Assembly (NCBI GenBank): GCA_001782825.1
Contig: MFPS01000008.1
Coordinates: forward strand, 9,012-73,011
DNA length: 64,000 nucleotides
Direction of reading: 5' to 3'
Source: Candidatus Magasanikbacteria bacterium RIFCSPHIGHO2_01_FULL_33_34
GTDB lineage: Bacteria > Patescibacteriota > Patescibacteriia > Magasanikbacterales > UBA922
Shown here: positions 25,713 to 36,103 of the stretch, in pieces
Layout: each line of letters opens with the position of its first letter
How positions within the stretch are numbered: the first letter of the stretch is position 1
Made by a program: the position numbers and the translations under genes
The notes under the pieces: generated by a model
The model's input: only the letters and a program-made list of their open reading frames with translations
Told to the model about the DNA's origin: nothing
The model's database searches: none

Positions 25713-27779
25713 TTTTTCATCTAATGCATTTAATCTGCGTATTTCAAGTGTTTTTGCTTGTGTTGCGCGTATATAAGTTTCGTTTTCTTGATTTGTTTTG
25801 CATTGTTCTGTCCAGAGTTGGTCTAATAATCCCGCATTTTCATTGATTATTTCAATTTCTCCTTCACGAACACCATGATTGTATTTGCCATCTTTATTCC
25901 AGGCAAATGAGTGGACATATGAGATTTTTTTGATAGATAAGTTGTTGGTTGAATCAGGTGTATTGTATTCACAATTGGTTTTGGTGATTACAATGATATG
26001 ATCACGGTCTTGTTTTATGCCAGCATTTATCATTACTATAAAATCACCAGGTTTAATATTTTTTTTGAGTATAGAGTGACTATTTTCATCTTGTGCAAAA
26101 GTTAAAACATTTACATTTTGTACAATTCTTAATTTGGCTATTAATTTTCTAAAAATATTTTTTATTGTAGGGAATTTGATTACAGATTGTAAGGATTTAT
26201 TAGTCTTTGCTTTTAATTCCGCATTCAATATATAGTAGGCAAGACCAGAGCAATCAATACCTATATTATTGTCTACTAACAATTGTTTGGTTTGTTCCTG
26301 ATTGAATTTGTCTAAGTTTATTTTATTTTTTTGGGCGATGATAGAGATTTCTTCTATAATTTCTTTTGGATTACCTTTGCCAGTAAAAACTTTCAAGCCA
26401 CCGCGTATTTTTTGACGCGCATTATTAAAATAAGGTACAGAAATAAAATTATTTTTGATTGGTAAGTTCAAATAAGCATCAATTACTTTTTGGGCTTCAT
26501 TACTTAAAAAAGCAATATTTGGACAAATTATGTGTAGAATTTTTTTGCCAATATCACTTAGTCTATTGTGATCTGTCATGACTGATTGGTTGCTTTGTAT
26601 TCTCAATAGTTCTGTACCAATATTTTTATTATTGTAACCAATAACATCTAGATTATTTTTCTTTAAATCATTTATTATTTTTGTAATCTGTGGTGACCAA
26701 TCATTGTTGTGAATAATTCGTTTTATAATTTGTGAACCATTGGATATTGGTATTAATTTTTCTGTTGATGTATCTATATTGAGTAATCCTGCTAGATGAG
26801 CTTCAAAAATATTTATGCCATCATACTTAACTTTATTTTGTAGGATTGATTCAAAAGTAGTTGAAGCTGGCTGGCGAGCATTGACTTCTATCAAATACAT
26901 TTTTTTGGTTTTTTGGTCCATTATAATATCTACCCCAAATAGTCCTTTCCAGCCAAGCTCTTTTAATTTTTCAGATACTGATCTGACTATATTTTTAAAA
27001 TTTTCAATATCTACTTGAGTAAGTAATTTGTTTACTAATCCCCAGTCATTACCAATAGTTGAAAATGGCTTGTCAGTAAAATATTTAATACCAGTTATTT
27101 GATAACTAATGTTCCCGATTATTAAATCATTACCACTTAATGCATTATTATTTGTAAATATTGGACCTTCTACAAAATCTGAAATTCTAGCTTCTCTTTC
27201 TGGAAATTGTTTTTTAATTGTATCTAATTTTTCTTGACTATCAATCAAAACAGTGCCACTGCCAGTATGTGAATAATTGAATTGTAAGATAAATTTTTCT
27301 TTATTCCATTTTATATCTTTGCATTTTTCTATTTTGTAATTTAAAAAAAATTCGTTCAATGATTTGAAAATTTCAACTTGTGAAATTTTTTCTTCAATTT
27401 TATTTGATATTTTAGATGGTGGATTTAGTAGATTCCATTTATTTTCTTCACATATTTTTTCAATTTGTGCTGTATTTTTAAAAACCAAGATTGATGGATT
27501 TGTAAATTTTTTAATAAATTCTTTTGTGTCAGTATGCTTTAAAAGTTCTGCGGTACTTAATATTTCTTTTTCTTTTATTAAAAGAATATTTTTTTTGTTG
27601 ACGCTTGATTGTTTGGCAAAATCATTATTGTTTGAGATAATAAAATAACCCTCTGTGTCAGGATCAATGCTCATAGCCCTTTCAATATCACGAGTTACAT
27701 AAATTATCGGGTTTGATTTGAGTTTGTCAGTTAGGCTTTTCATAAATGTGATTATACTGTAAAATGTATGTGATTGCAA
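25707..27779 (-). CDS. ATP-grasp ligase fused to C-terminal NlpC/P60 (CHAP-like) cysteine peptidase domain
   Basis: ATP-grasp core (SHTGSGTV..., GLFGVDIIMDQKTKKMYLIEVNARQ); C-terminal GIDCSGLAYYIL ... KPGDFIVM ... DHIIVI ... YVHSF matching NlpC/P60 Cys-His-His arrangement; 690 aa. Confidence 0.65.
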   Translation of the reverse strand: MQSHTFYSIITFMKSLTDKLKSNPIIYVTRDIERAMSIDPDTEGYFIISNNNDFAKQSSVNKKNILLIKEKEILSTAELLKHTDTKEFIKKFTNPSILVFKNTAQIEKICEENKWNLLNPPSKISNKIEEKISQVEIFKSLNEFFLNYKIEKCKDIKWNKEKFILQFNYSHTGSGTVLIDSQEKLDTIKKQFPEREARISDFVEGPIFTNNNALSGNDLIIGNISYQITGIKYFTDKPFSTIGNDWGLVNKLLTQVDIENFKNIVRSVSEKLKELGWKGLFGVDIIMDQKTKKMYLIEVNARQPASTTFESILQNKVKYDGINIFEAHLAGLLNIDTSTEKLIPISNGSQIIKRIIHNNDWSPQITKIINDLKKNNLDVIGYNNKNIGTELLRIQSNQSVMTDHNRLSDIGKKILHIICPNIAFLSNEAQKVIDAYLNLPIKNNFISVPYFNNARQKIRGGLKVFTGKGNPKEIIEEISIIAQKNKINLDKFNQEQTKQLLVDNNIGIDCSGLAYYILNAELKAKTNKSLQSVIKFPTIKNIFRKLIAKLRIVQNVNVLTFAQDENSHSILKKNIKPGDFIVMINAGIKQDRDHIIVITKTNCEYNTPDSTNNLSIKKISYVHSFAWNKDGKYNHGVREGEIEIINENAGLLDQLWTEQCKTNQENETYIRATQAKTLEIRRLNALDEKN

Positions 27780-27856
27780 TATGTTAATTTGGGGTTATAT
27801 TGGTAAAAATTTGCTTATCTTAGGTTAATTTTATAATCAATTGTGTTGATTAATTT

Positions 27857-28798
27857 ATGGAAATATATAAAAAATTGAAGGAATTTGGCAAAGTTAAATT
27901 AAATGAGCCATTATTTAAGCACACTTCTATTAAAATTGGTGGTGTGGCTGATTTTTTTATTTTTGTGGATTCTGTTAGTCATTTGGTGGATTTGTTGAAT
28001 TTTCTGCGTAAAGAGGATATCAATTATATTGTTTTAGGTGGTGGAACCAATACCTTGCTTGTTGGTGAAAGATTTGAGGGCGTAGTTATTTCTACTGTAA
28101 ATGTTAGACAAATTAAATTTGATGAAAATAAAGTTACGGCTGATGCGGGTAGTTCAACGGCTGAGATTGCCAGAATGTCTATTAAAAATAATCTGACTGG
28201 TTTTGAATGGGGAATTTGTGTACCCGGAACAATTGGTGGAGCGACTTGTGGCAATGCTGGGGCTATGGGATATGATATGCGAGATTCTGTGGAAAAAGTG
28301 GAAGTATATAGAGATGGTGAAATTTTGGAGTTGTCGTATGATGAATGTGAGTTTGGGTATAGGGATAGTATTTTTAAGCATAATACAGATATAATTTTGC
28401 GTGTTTTTTTGAAGTTGGAAGTCAACAAAAATAAAGATTTGGCCAAAGAAGCGATGAATAATATAACTCACAGAAATAAAACTCAACCGCAAGGCTTTCC
28501 ATCAAGTGGTTGTGTTTTGAAAAATGTAGCAATTGATAAAAACATAAAGATTAAAGATTTGCCTGAACAGTTTTTGCAAAGAGGTATAATCTCTACTGGT
28601 TGGTTGATAGATCAAGCTGGCATGAAAGGTGAGAGTTTGGGTGGGGCAAAAGTGAGTGAAACGCATTGTAATTTTGTGATAAATGCTGGTGGGGCAACAA
28701 CTGATGATATCGTTGATTTGATTGAAAAAATTAAGGATAAAGTGTATGATAAATTTGGGATTAAATTAGAGGAGGAAGTGAGAATTATTCATTTATAA
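27857..28798 (+). CDS. murB: UDP-N-acetylenolpyruvoylglucosamine reductase
   Basis: FAD-binding domain (IGGVADFF..., LGGGTNTL) and MurB C-terminal domain; 313 aa. Confidence 0.9.
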   Translation: MEIYKKLKEFGKVKLNEPLFKHTSIKIGGVADFFIFVDSVSHLVDLLNFLRKEDINYIVLGGGTNTLLVGERFEGVVISTVNVRQIKFDENKVTADAGSSTAEIARMSIKNNLTGFEWGICVPGTIGGATCGNAGAMGYDMRDSVEKVEVYRDGEILELSYDECEFGYRDSIFKHNTDIILRVFLKLEVNKNKDLAKEAMNNITHRNKTQPQGFPSSGCVLKNVAIDKNIKIKDLPEQFLQRGIISTGWLIDQAGMKGESLGGAKVSETHCNFVINAGGATTDDIVDLIEKIKDKVYDKFGIKLEEEVRIIHL

Positions 28799-28810
28799 TA
28801 ATTTAAATAT

Positions 28811-29161
28811 ATGTCAATGAGTATAAAAGGGACAGGGATTGAGCTTACAGAAGCTATAAAACAATATGTGGAGGAAAAGTTTGGTGATTTGGATAAATTT
28901 TTTGATAATATCCAAAAAATTGAAGTTGATGTTGGTTTGCGTAGCCAACATCATAATAAGGGAAATATTTTTTATGCAGAAGTGAATGTGCATGTACCTG
29001 GACGATCTATCAGGGTTGTGAAAGAGACTGAAGATTTGTACAAAGCAATTGATAAAGTACGTGATCATTTGAAGAGTGAATTAAAAGAATTTAAGGATAA
29101 ATTGAATAGAGTGGACAAACAAGAACTACGCGATACAAAAGAATATGATATTGAAAATTAG
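28811..29161 (+). CDS. hpf: ribosome hibernation promoting factor / RaiA family
   Basis: 116 aa; MSIKGTGIELTEAIKQYVEEKF...AEVNVHVPGRSIRV...DLYKAIDKVRDHL pattern of sigma-54 modulation protein family. Confidence 0.85.
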   Translation: MSMSIKGTGIELTEAIKQYVEEKFGDLDKFFDNIQKIEVDVGLRSQHHNKGNIFYAEVNVHVPGRSIRVVKETEDLYKAIDKVRDHLKSELKEFKDKLNRVDKQELRDTKEYDIEN

Positions 29162-29180
29162 CCTTGTGGCTAATTTTTAA

Positions 29181-29210
29181 ACCTCGCCTAATTGTGTATT
29201 TGGGCGAGGT
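29181..29210. terminator. GC hairpin between hpf and convergent small ORF
   Basis: ACCTCGCC-14nt-GGCGAGGT; no immediately adjacent T-run, so weak. Confidence 0.35.
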
Positions 29211-29220
29211 CTGTTGCTAA

Positions 29221-29427
29221 TCATTTTTTGTTTTTAGGAGGTATTTTATTTTTTAAGTAATCTATTAAATTAATTATATTGCTTTTTTTAGCTTCTTCTT
29301 TTGGTTTATTTTTGAAAATATTTGAGAACCATGAGGTGTATTTTTTGAGAGTTTTTTTGAGTTTTTTGTAGTATATATAAATTACACCGAGAAGAAATAG
29401 TATAATTATTAATTGGAAATAAAACAT
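29221..29427 (-). CDS. hypothetical small membrane protein (single TM, Lys-rich tail)
   Basis: 68-aa ORF in otherwise empty gap; hydrophobic N-terminus; no homology recognised. Confidence 0.3.
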   Translation of the reverse strand: MFYFQLIIILFLLGVIYIYYKKLKKTLKKYTSWFSNIFKNKPKEEAKKSNIINLIDYLKNKIPPKNKK

Positions 29428-29586
29428 GATTTTACTCCTTTTTGAAAAAAAAGATTGATTAGTATTATGTAGATTAGCAGATATAATGAGTTATGTAAAA
29501 AAAGAAGTCCGCTTTTGTCAAGCTATAGACAAAGAGCTGTAAATAAGCTAAAATACGGGTCAGTTATAAAGTAAATTAATAGACTT

Positions 29587-32340
29587 ATGTCATTTTTAAC
29601 TAAATTGCTAATAGGAGATCCGAATGCTAAAGTATTGAAATCATTACAAACCAATGTAGACAAAATTAATAGTTTGGAGTCAGAATATGAGAAGTTATCT
29701 GATGATAAATTAAAATCCAAAACATTGGAGTTTAAAAAACGTCTTGAGGCGGGTGAGACATTGGATGATATTCTGGTGGAGGCATTTGCAACTGTTCGTG
29801 AAGTTTCCAAGCGGACCACAGGTATGCGTCATTATGATGTACAGCTGGTGGGTGGAATGGTGCTTCATTCTGGAAAAATTGCTGAAATGAGAACTGGTGA
29901 AGGTAAAACTTTGGTGGCAACTTTGCCAATATATTTGAATGCACTAGCAGGGAAAGGTGTTCATTTGATTACAGTCAATGATTATTTGGCCAAACGTGAT
30001 GCTGTTTGGATGAGTCAAATTTATGATTTTTTGGGTTTGTCTGTGGGGATTATTCAAAATCAAAGAGTGAGCTATATTTATGATAGTTCAATTTTGGGTA
30101 ATAATATTGAGGGAAGTGATATTGATCAAGAAAGAGATGAAAGTGGAAGTTACAAAGTTGAGGAAGTATTTTTGCGTCCATCAAGTCGGCAAGAAGCGTA
30201 TAGGTGTGATATCACTTATGGTACCAATAATGAGTTTGGTTTTGATTATCTTCGTGACAATATGGTACAAAAACTTGATGAAATGGTAATGCGACCTGGT
30301 AGTGAGATGACTTATGCAATCATTGATGAAGTTGATTCTATTTTGATTGATGAGGCGCGTACGCCATTGATTATTTCAGCGCCAGCAGAAAAAGCAGCTG
30401 ATCAATATTATCAATTTGCCAAGCTAGTTCGTAATTTGAAAGAAAACGAAGACTATAATATTGATGAAAAATTGCGGGCAGCGACCTTGACCGAAGAAGG
30501 TGTAAATAAATTTGAGAGTTGGCTTGGAGTAGAAAATATTTATGTTGAAAGTGGAATGCGCACAATTCATCATATTGAGCAGTCTCTCAAAGCAGAAGTT
30601 TTGTTTAAACGAGATAAGGAGTATGTGGTTGAAGGAAATAATATAGTGATTATTGATGAATTTACTGGACGCAAGATGCCTGGTCGTCGTTATTCTGAAG
30701 GATTGCATCAAGCAATTGAAGCCAAAGAAGGAGTTGAAATTCAAAGAGAAAGTCAGACTTTGGCGACTGTAACTTTTCAGAATTTATTCCGTATGTATGG
30801 CAAATTGTCTGGAATGACTGGTACAGCTATTACTGAGGCTGAGGAATTTGGTAGTATATACAATCTAGAAGTAGTCACGATCCCAACCAATAGGACAGAT
30901 GTTAGAATTGATAGACCAGATAGAATATACAAGAATGAAAAAGGCAAAAATAAGGCTGTTCTTGAAAAAATAAAAGAATGTCAAGCTAAAAATCAGCCAA
31001 TTTTGGTTGGTACGATTTCGGTGGAAAAAAATGAAGAGTTGTCAGCTTATTTGGATTTGCAGGGTATTAAATATGAAGCTTTGAATGCCAAAAATCATGA
31101 ACGCGAAGGTGAAATAGTTGCTCAAGCCGGTCGTCCTGGGGCTGTGACATTGGCTACCAATATGGCTGGTCGTGGAGTAGATATTAAACTTGGTGGTGCA
31201 GAAATGGATGAAACGATGGCAAAACAGGTGAGAGAGGCGGGTGGTTTATTTGTATTGGGTACTGAGCGTCATGAGTCTCGTCGGATTGATAATCAGCTCC
31301 GTGGTCGATCAGCTCGTCAGGGAGATCCAGGAGAGACTCAATTTTTTGTGTCCACCGATGATGATTTGATGCGAATTTTTGCCGGTGATAGGCTTAAAGC
31401 TGTTATGACCAAGCTCAATGTGCCGGATGATATGCCAATTGAGCAAAAGATGATTACCAAAATGATAGAGACTGCTCAAAAGAAAGTGGAAGGTCATAAT
31501 TTTGATATTCGTAAACATCTTTTGGAATATGATGATGTATTAAACAAGCAGAGAACTATAATTTATAAAAAAAGAAAAGAAATATTAGAATCGGCTAATG
31601 AAAAAGATAGAAAAAAAATAAAAGAATTGGTATTAACTTTGATTGAACAAGAGATTGAGTTTATTGTTTCATATCACACAAATTTTGATGATAAAAAAGA
31701 ATGGAATGTTCAAGAAATTTATGAGACAGCCAAAACTATTTTTAATTTTACAGACAAGGAAAAAGAAGAATTGTTGAGAATGAATAAATTTAATGATAAT
31801 AAATTGGATGAAATCAAAACCCGAGAGATGATGGTAAAATTTTTGTTGGATAAATCAAATATTGAATATGAAAATTTGGAGAATAGCATCATGCAATCAG
31901 TTGGAGATGAAAATAATAATAAAGATGAAGTGATGAAGGATATTGAAAAAAGTATATTGCTTCGGGCAATTGATACACTTTGGGTGGAGCATCTTGTGTC
32001 TATTGATCATTTGCGTACAGGTATTGGTTTGCGTGGTTATGGTCAACGTGATCCATTGATTGAGTACAAAAAAGAAACTTATGATATGTTCAATGAGTTG
32101 CAGTCTGCAATTCAAAAAGAAGTAGTATATTCATTTTTCAAAATTGGCGCTGGTCTCCAATTAGCGCCGACTATTATGGCATCAGACAAAATGACTTTGC
32201 AAGGTGCCAAGAAAAGTTCAACAGTAAATTTAAATTCTGGTTCTAGTAAGCCACGAGATGGTGAAGGAAAAAAAGTTGGTAGAAATGATATGTGTCCTTG
32301 TGGTAGTGGAAAGAAGTATAAGAAGTGTCATGGAGTGTAA
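29587..32340 (+). CDS. secA: preprotein translocase ATPase SecA
   Basis: DEAD-like motor motifs (MRTGEGKTLVAT, DEVDSILIDEARTPLIIS), C-terminal zinc finger CPCGSGKKYKKCHG; 917 aa. Confidence 0.95.
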   Translation: MSFLTKLLIGDPNAKVLKSLQTNVDKINSLESEYEKLSDDKLKSKTLEFKKRLEAGETLDDILVEAFATVREVSKRTTGMRHYDVQLVGGMVLHSGKIAEMRTGEGKTLVATLPIYLNALAGKGVHLITVNDYLAKRDAVWMSQIYDFLGLSVGIIQNQRVSYIYDSSILGNNIEGSDIDQERDESGSYKVEEVFLRPSSRQEAYRCDITYGTNNEFGFDYLRDNMVQKLDEMVMRPGSEMTYAIIDEVDSILIDEARTPLIISAPAEKAADQYYQFAKLVRNLKENEDYNIDEKLRAATLTEEGVNKFESWLGVENIYVESGMRTIHHIEQSLKAEVLFKRDKEYVVEGNNIVIIDEFTGRKMPGRRYSEGLHQAIEAKEGVEIQRESQTLATVTFQNLFRMYGKLSGMTGTAITEAEEFGSIYNLEVVTIPTNRTDVRIDRPDRIYKNEKGKNKAVLEKIKECQAKNQPILVGTISVEKNEELSAYLDLQGIKYEALNAKNHEREGEIVAQAGRPGAVTLATNMAGRGVDIKLGGAEMDETMAKQVREAGGLFVLGTERHESRRIDNQLRGRSARQGDPGETQFFVSTDDDLMRIFAGDRLKAVMTKLNVPDDMPIEQKMITKMIETAQKKVEGHNFDIRKHLLEYDDVLNKQRTIIYKKRKEILESANEKDRKKIKELVLTLIEQEIEFIVSYHTNFDDKKEWNVQEIYETAKTIFNFTDKEKEELLRMNKFNDNKLDEIKTREMMVKFLLDKSNIEYENLENSIMQSVGDENNNKDEVMKDIEKSILLRAIDTLWVEHLVSIDHLRTGIGLRGYGQRDPLIEYKKETYDMFNELQSAIQKEVVYSFFKIGAGLQLAPTIMASDKMTLQGAKKSSTVNLNSGSSKPRDGEGKKVGRNDMCPCGSGKKYKKCHGV

Positions 32341-32341
32341 T

Positions 32342-32866
32342 ATGCAAATAATAGTTGGTTCTCAAAACAAAGCTAAGTTAGATGCGGTTTCAGAAATAAT
32401 CAAGGATTATCCGAATTTAAAAGATTTTTCAGTTTTTGGTGTGGAAGTTGAATCTGGTGTATCTGATCAACCAAAAAGTTTAGAAGAAACTGTGCAGGGT
32501 GCAATGAATCGCGCTAAAGATTCGTTTAAGGATTGTGATTATAGTTTTGGTTTGGAGTCTGGTTTGATGTCAGTCCCAAATACAAAAACTGGTTTTATGG
32601 ATGTATGTGTCTGTGCAATTTTTGATGGGAGTGATTATCATCTCGGTCTTTCGTCAGCTTGGGAGGCGCCTAAGAAAGTTATAGATTATATGCTTGAAGA
32701 AGGTTTGAATATGACTGAAGCAAGTGTAAAAGCTGGTTTAACAGGTAACTCAAATATTGGTTCTGCAGAAGGTTTGGTTGGAATTATGACAAAAGGCAGA
32801 TTAAATAGAAAAGAATATACAAAAGAAGCTATAAGAACAGCTCTTATACATTTAGAAAATATTTAA
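32342..32866 (+). CDS. non-canonical purine NTP phosphatase, YjjX-like (inosine/xanthosine triphosphatase family)
   Basis: VESGVSDQPKSLEETVQGAMNRAKDS parallels YjjX [23 protein letters not shown]; start ATG immediately after secA stop (alternative ATG at 32330 overlapping). Confidence 0.65.
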   Translation: MQIIVGSQNKAKLDAVSEIIKDYPNLKDFSVFGVEVESGVSDQPKSLEETVQGAMNRAKDSFKDCDYSFGLESGLMSVPNTKTGFMDVCVCAIFDGSDYHLGLSSAWEAPKKVIDYMLEEGLNMTEASVKAGLTGNSNIGSAEGLVGIMTKGRLNRKEYTKEAIRTALIHLENI

Positions 32867-32896
32867 AATATTGTAAATATAGTAAAATTTGCTTAC

Positions 32897-32925
32897 TTGA
32901 CGATTTTATCTATATATTGTAAAAT
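32897..32925 (+). promoter_or_regulatory. sigma70-like promoter (TTGACG-17nt-TAAAAT) upstream of secD
   Basis: Read directly from sequence ~80 nt upstream of secD ATG. Confidence 0.4.
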
Positions 32926-33004
32926 GTGTCCACTGTCTATTTTCGCAATAATATTGTGAAAGTATTAAATTATCTAGATTAGAATGTAGAGAAAATAATA
33001 AAAT

Positions 33005-35050
33005 ATGGCATTAAAAACAAATGTTAAACAAAATATTCGTAATAAAATTAGATGGGGTGTAGTTGGGATTTTTGCATTAATTGTGGTAGCAGTGTCTTAT
33101 GATGCGCCAACTTTTTTTAATAATAAAATCAATTGGATAAATAGCGTTACATCAATCGGTATACCAAATATTCCTGAAAGTTCTTTTGCGCTTGGTCTAG
33201 ATTTGCAAGGTGGTGCCCATCTGATATATCAGGCTGATGTAGCTGGTATTTCAGAAGATGGAAAAGGGGATGCAGTTGAAGGTGTACGTGACGTAATTGA
33301 GCGTCGTGTAAATGGTTTGGGTGTTGGTGAACCAAATATTCAAACTACCAAAGTTGGAGAAGATTATAGAATTATAGTTGAGTTACCGGGTGTGACTGAT
33401 GTAAATGAAGCTATTAGTATGATTGGTGAAACTCCGATATTAGAATTCAAAGAATTGAATCAGGAACCAGAACGTGGATTGACCGAAGAAGAACAAAAAG
33501 AAATTGATGATTATAATGCTGATGCAGAATCCAGAGCATTGTCTGTGGTTGAAAAGTTAAATAATGGTCTTGATTTTTCAGATGCAGCCAAAGAATTTTC
33601 AGAACATGAAGTTAGTAAGAATAATGGTGGATATATTGGGTTTGTGAATGAATATGGTTATTATGCGCCAATCTATAATTGGTTATCTGGCGCTGGTGAA
33701 GGGGAGATATCAAAAGGTTTAATAGAGTCATTGGATAGTTTTAATATCTTGAAAAGAGGCTCTAGTAGGGATGGTGAAGTGAGGGCTAAGGCGAGTCATA
33801 TTTTGATTTGTTATCTTGGTTCATCACAATGTAATGAACCAATTTATACAAAAGAAGAAGCCAAAGCTAAGGCTCAAGAATTGTTTGATCAGGCCAATGC
33901 AGAAAATTTTGGTATTTTGGCTAAAGAAAATTCAGCAGACCCTGGTTCTCGTGAAAATAATGGTGATTTAGGATTTTTTGCAAAATCTGATATGGTAAAA
34001 GAATTTGCTGATGCTGTATTTAGTGCAGAGGTGGGTCAAATTATAGGACCAGTTGAGACAGAATTTGGTTATCATGTTATATACAAAACAGATGAAACAA
34101 TTCCTGTAGAATATGAATTTTCTGCAATCGTTATAAACAAAAAAACTGCTCAGGATGTTTTGCCTGTGCAAGATCAGTTTGTGTATACTGGTTTGACTGG
34201 TGCACAATTGGAAAGGACAGAAGTGGTAAGTGATTCACAGACAAGTGAAATGCAGGTATCTTTGCAGTTTGATTCTGATGGAAAAAATTTGTTTAAAGAA
34301 ATTACTACTAGAAATGTTGGTCAACCTGTAGCAATATTCCTTGATGGCGAAATTATCAGTGCGCCAACTGTACAACAACCAATAGTTGATGGTCAGGCAG
34401 TAATAACTGGTAATTTTGATTTGGCAGAAGCAAGATTATTAAGCCAAAGATTGAATGCGGGTGCATTACCAGTACCAATTGATCTTATTTCACAACAAAG
34501 TGTTGGTGCAAGTCTTGGGGCTGAATCATTGATGAAGAGCTTGAAAGCCGGAGTTATTGCGCTTGTATTGGTGATGATATTTATGATTTTGTATTATAGA
34601 TTACCAGGATTATTGTCAGTGATCGCTTTAGTATTATATTTAGCAGTCACATTAGCAGTATTTAAATTGATTGGTGTTACGCTTACTTTGGCGGGTATTG
34701 CTGGTTTGGTATTATCAATTGGTATGGCAGTTGATGCCAATGTGCTAATTTTTGAACGCTTAAAAGAAGAATTGAAAGATGGTAAAAGTTTGAAGGCATC
34801 TGTAGAAGAAGGATTTCTTCGTGCTTGGCCATCAATTCGTGATGGAAATGTTTCAACTTTGATCACTTGTGCATTATTGATTTGGTTTGGATCTAGCTTT
34901 GTTCAAGGATTTGCGATTACACTTGCACTTGGTATATTGATGAGTATGTTTTCTGCGATTACTGTTACTCGCATATTACTTAGATTTGTAATACCTTGGT
35001 TTGAAAATAAAGGAAAGTGGTTATTTACAGGAGCAAATAATGATAATTAA
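33005..35050 (+). CDS. secD: protein-export membrane protein SecD with two parvulin (PpiC-type PPIase) domains inserted in the periplasmic head
   Basis: SecD P1 motifs (LGLDLQGGAHLIY...) and C-terminal TM bundle; inserted ~235 aa contain ASHILI...NGDLGFF...FGYHVIYK (parvulin signature) and a second parvulin-like repeat (LDFSDAAKEFSE...NGGYIGFV); 681 aa. Confidence 0.9.
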   Translation: MALKTNVKQNIRNKIRWGVVGIFALIVVAVSYDAPTFFNNKINWINSVTSIGIPNIPESSFALGLDLQGGAHLIYQADVAGISEDGKGDAVEGVRDVIERRVNGLGVGEPNIQTTKVGEDYRIIVELPGVTDVNEAISMIGETPILEFKELNQEPERGLTEEEQKEIDDYNADAESRALSVVEKLNNGLDFSDAAKEFSEHEVSKNNGGYIGFVNEYGYYAPIYNWLSGAGEGEISKGLIESLDSFNILKRGSSRDGEVRAKASHILICYLGSSQCNEPIYTKEEAKAKAQELFDQANAENFGILAKENSADPGSRENNGDLGFFAKSDMVKEFADAVFSAEVGQIIGPVETEFGYHVIYKTDETIPVEYEFSAIVINKKTAQDVLPVQDQFVYTGLTGAQLERTEVVSDSQTSEMQVSLQFDSDGKNLFKEITTRNVGQPVAIFLDGEIISAPTVQQPIVDGQAVITGNFDLAEARLLSQRLNAGALPVPIDLISQQSVGASLGAESLMKSLKAGVIALVLVMIFMILYYRLPGLLSVIALVLYLAVTLAVFKLIGVTLTLAGIAGLVLSIGMAVDANVLIFERLKEELKDGKSLKASVEEGFLRAWPSIRDGNVSTLITCALLIWFGSSFVQGFAITLALGILMSMFSAITVTRILLRFVIPWFENKGKWLFTGANNDN

Positions 35051-35053
35051 TAT

Positions 35054-36094
35054 ATGGAAATTATAAAAAATAGAAAAATTCCGTTTACTATTTCTGGTAT
35101 TTTGTTTGTTGTCAGTGTTATAGCTTTATTTTTATTTGGATTAAAGCCCGGCATAGATTTTACTGGTGGTGCTTTGATGGAAGTCAGGTTTGGAAATGAA
35201 CGACCAGAAATATCAGAAGTGCAATTAGCCTTGTCTGAAATGAATCTGGGCGAAGTTTTGATACAACCAACTGGTGAAGATAATATGATATTGAAAATGA
35301 GATTTGTGTCAGAAGAAGAGCATCAAGCAATTTTGGGTGTATTGAGAGAAAAATTTCAAAATAGTACAGAAGAAATAATTGATGAAGATATTATTTCAGA
35401 AGACACAGTTGAGGATGTTGTTGGGGGTGATACAAATAAAGAGGAAATTAATTTTGAATTACCAACGATAGAGACAGAAGAAGTTATTGACAAACCTATT
35501 ATTCAAGTGCCAGATGTATTGGAAGAAAGATTTGAAACTATAGGTGCGGCAATCAGTTCTCATTTAAGAGAAAGATCTATGTATGCTGCTGTGGCTGTTG
35601 TGTTAGCAATAATTTTGTATATTGGTTATACTTTTAGAAAGGTTTCTAAACCAGTACAATCATGGAAATATGGTGTTACAGCTATTATTGCTCTTTTTCA
35701 TGATGTAATTATTACAATGGCAGTATTTGCAGTATTAGGACATTATGCTGGAGTAGAAGTTGGGATATCATTTGTGGTAGCATTATTAACTATTATGGGT
35801 TATTCGGTCAATGATACTATTGTGGTATTTGATCGTATTCGTGAAAATTTGATAAAACGTGGAAGTGATCAATTTGATGAAACAGTCAATATGGGTGTTA
35901 AACAATCAATTACTCGTTCACTTAATACTTCCTTGACTACTTTACTTGTATTGGTTGCTTTATTTGTATTTGGTGGTGAATCTATACATTATTTTTCGTT
36001 AACATTAATTGTAGGAATAGTCGTTGGAACTTATTCATCAATATTTTTGGCTAGTCCGTTATTAGTTGAATGGGCAAATTATAAGAAAAGATAA
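35054..36094 (+). CDS. secF: protein-export membrane protein SecF
   Basis: 346 aa; SecF TM-bundle motifs (HDVIITMAVFA, FDRIRENL). Confidence 0.9.
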   Translation: MEIIKNRKIPFTISGILFVVSVIALFLFGLKPGIDFTGGALMEVRFGNERPEISEVQLALSEMNLGEVLIQPTGEDNMILKMRFVSEEEHQAILGVLREKFQNSTEEIIDEDIISEDTVEDVVGGDTNKEEINFELPTIETEEVIDKPIIQVPDVLEERFETIGAAISSHLRERSMYAAVAVVLAIILYIGYTFRKVSKPVQSWKYGVTAIIALFHDVIITMAVFAVLGHYAGVEVGISFVVALLTIMGYSVNDTIVVFDRIRENLIKRGSDQFDETVNMGVKQSITRSLNTSLTTLLVLVALFVFGGESIHYFSLTLIVGIVVGTYSSIFLASPLLVEWANYKKR

Positions 36095-36103
36095 TAAAAA
36101 ATA

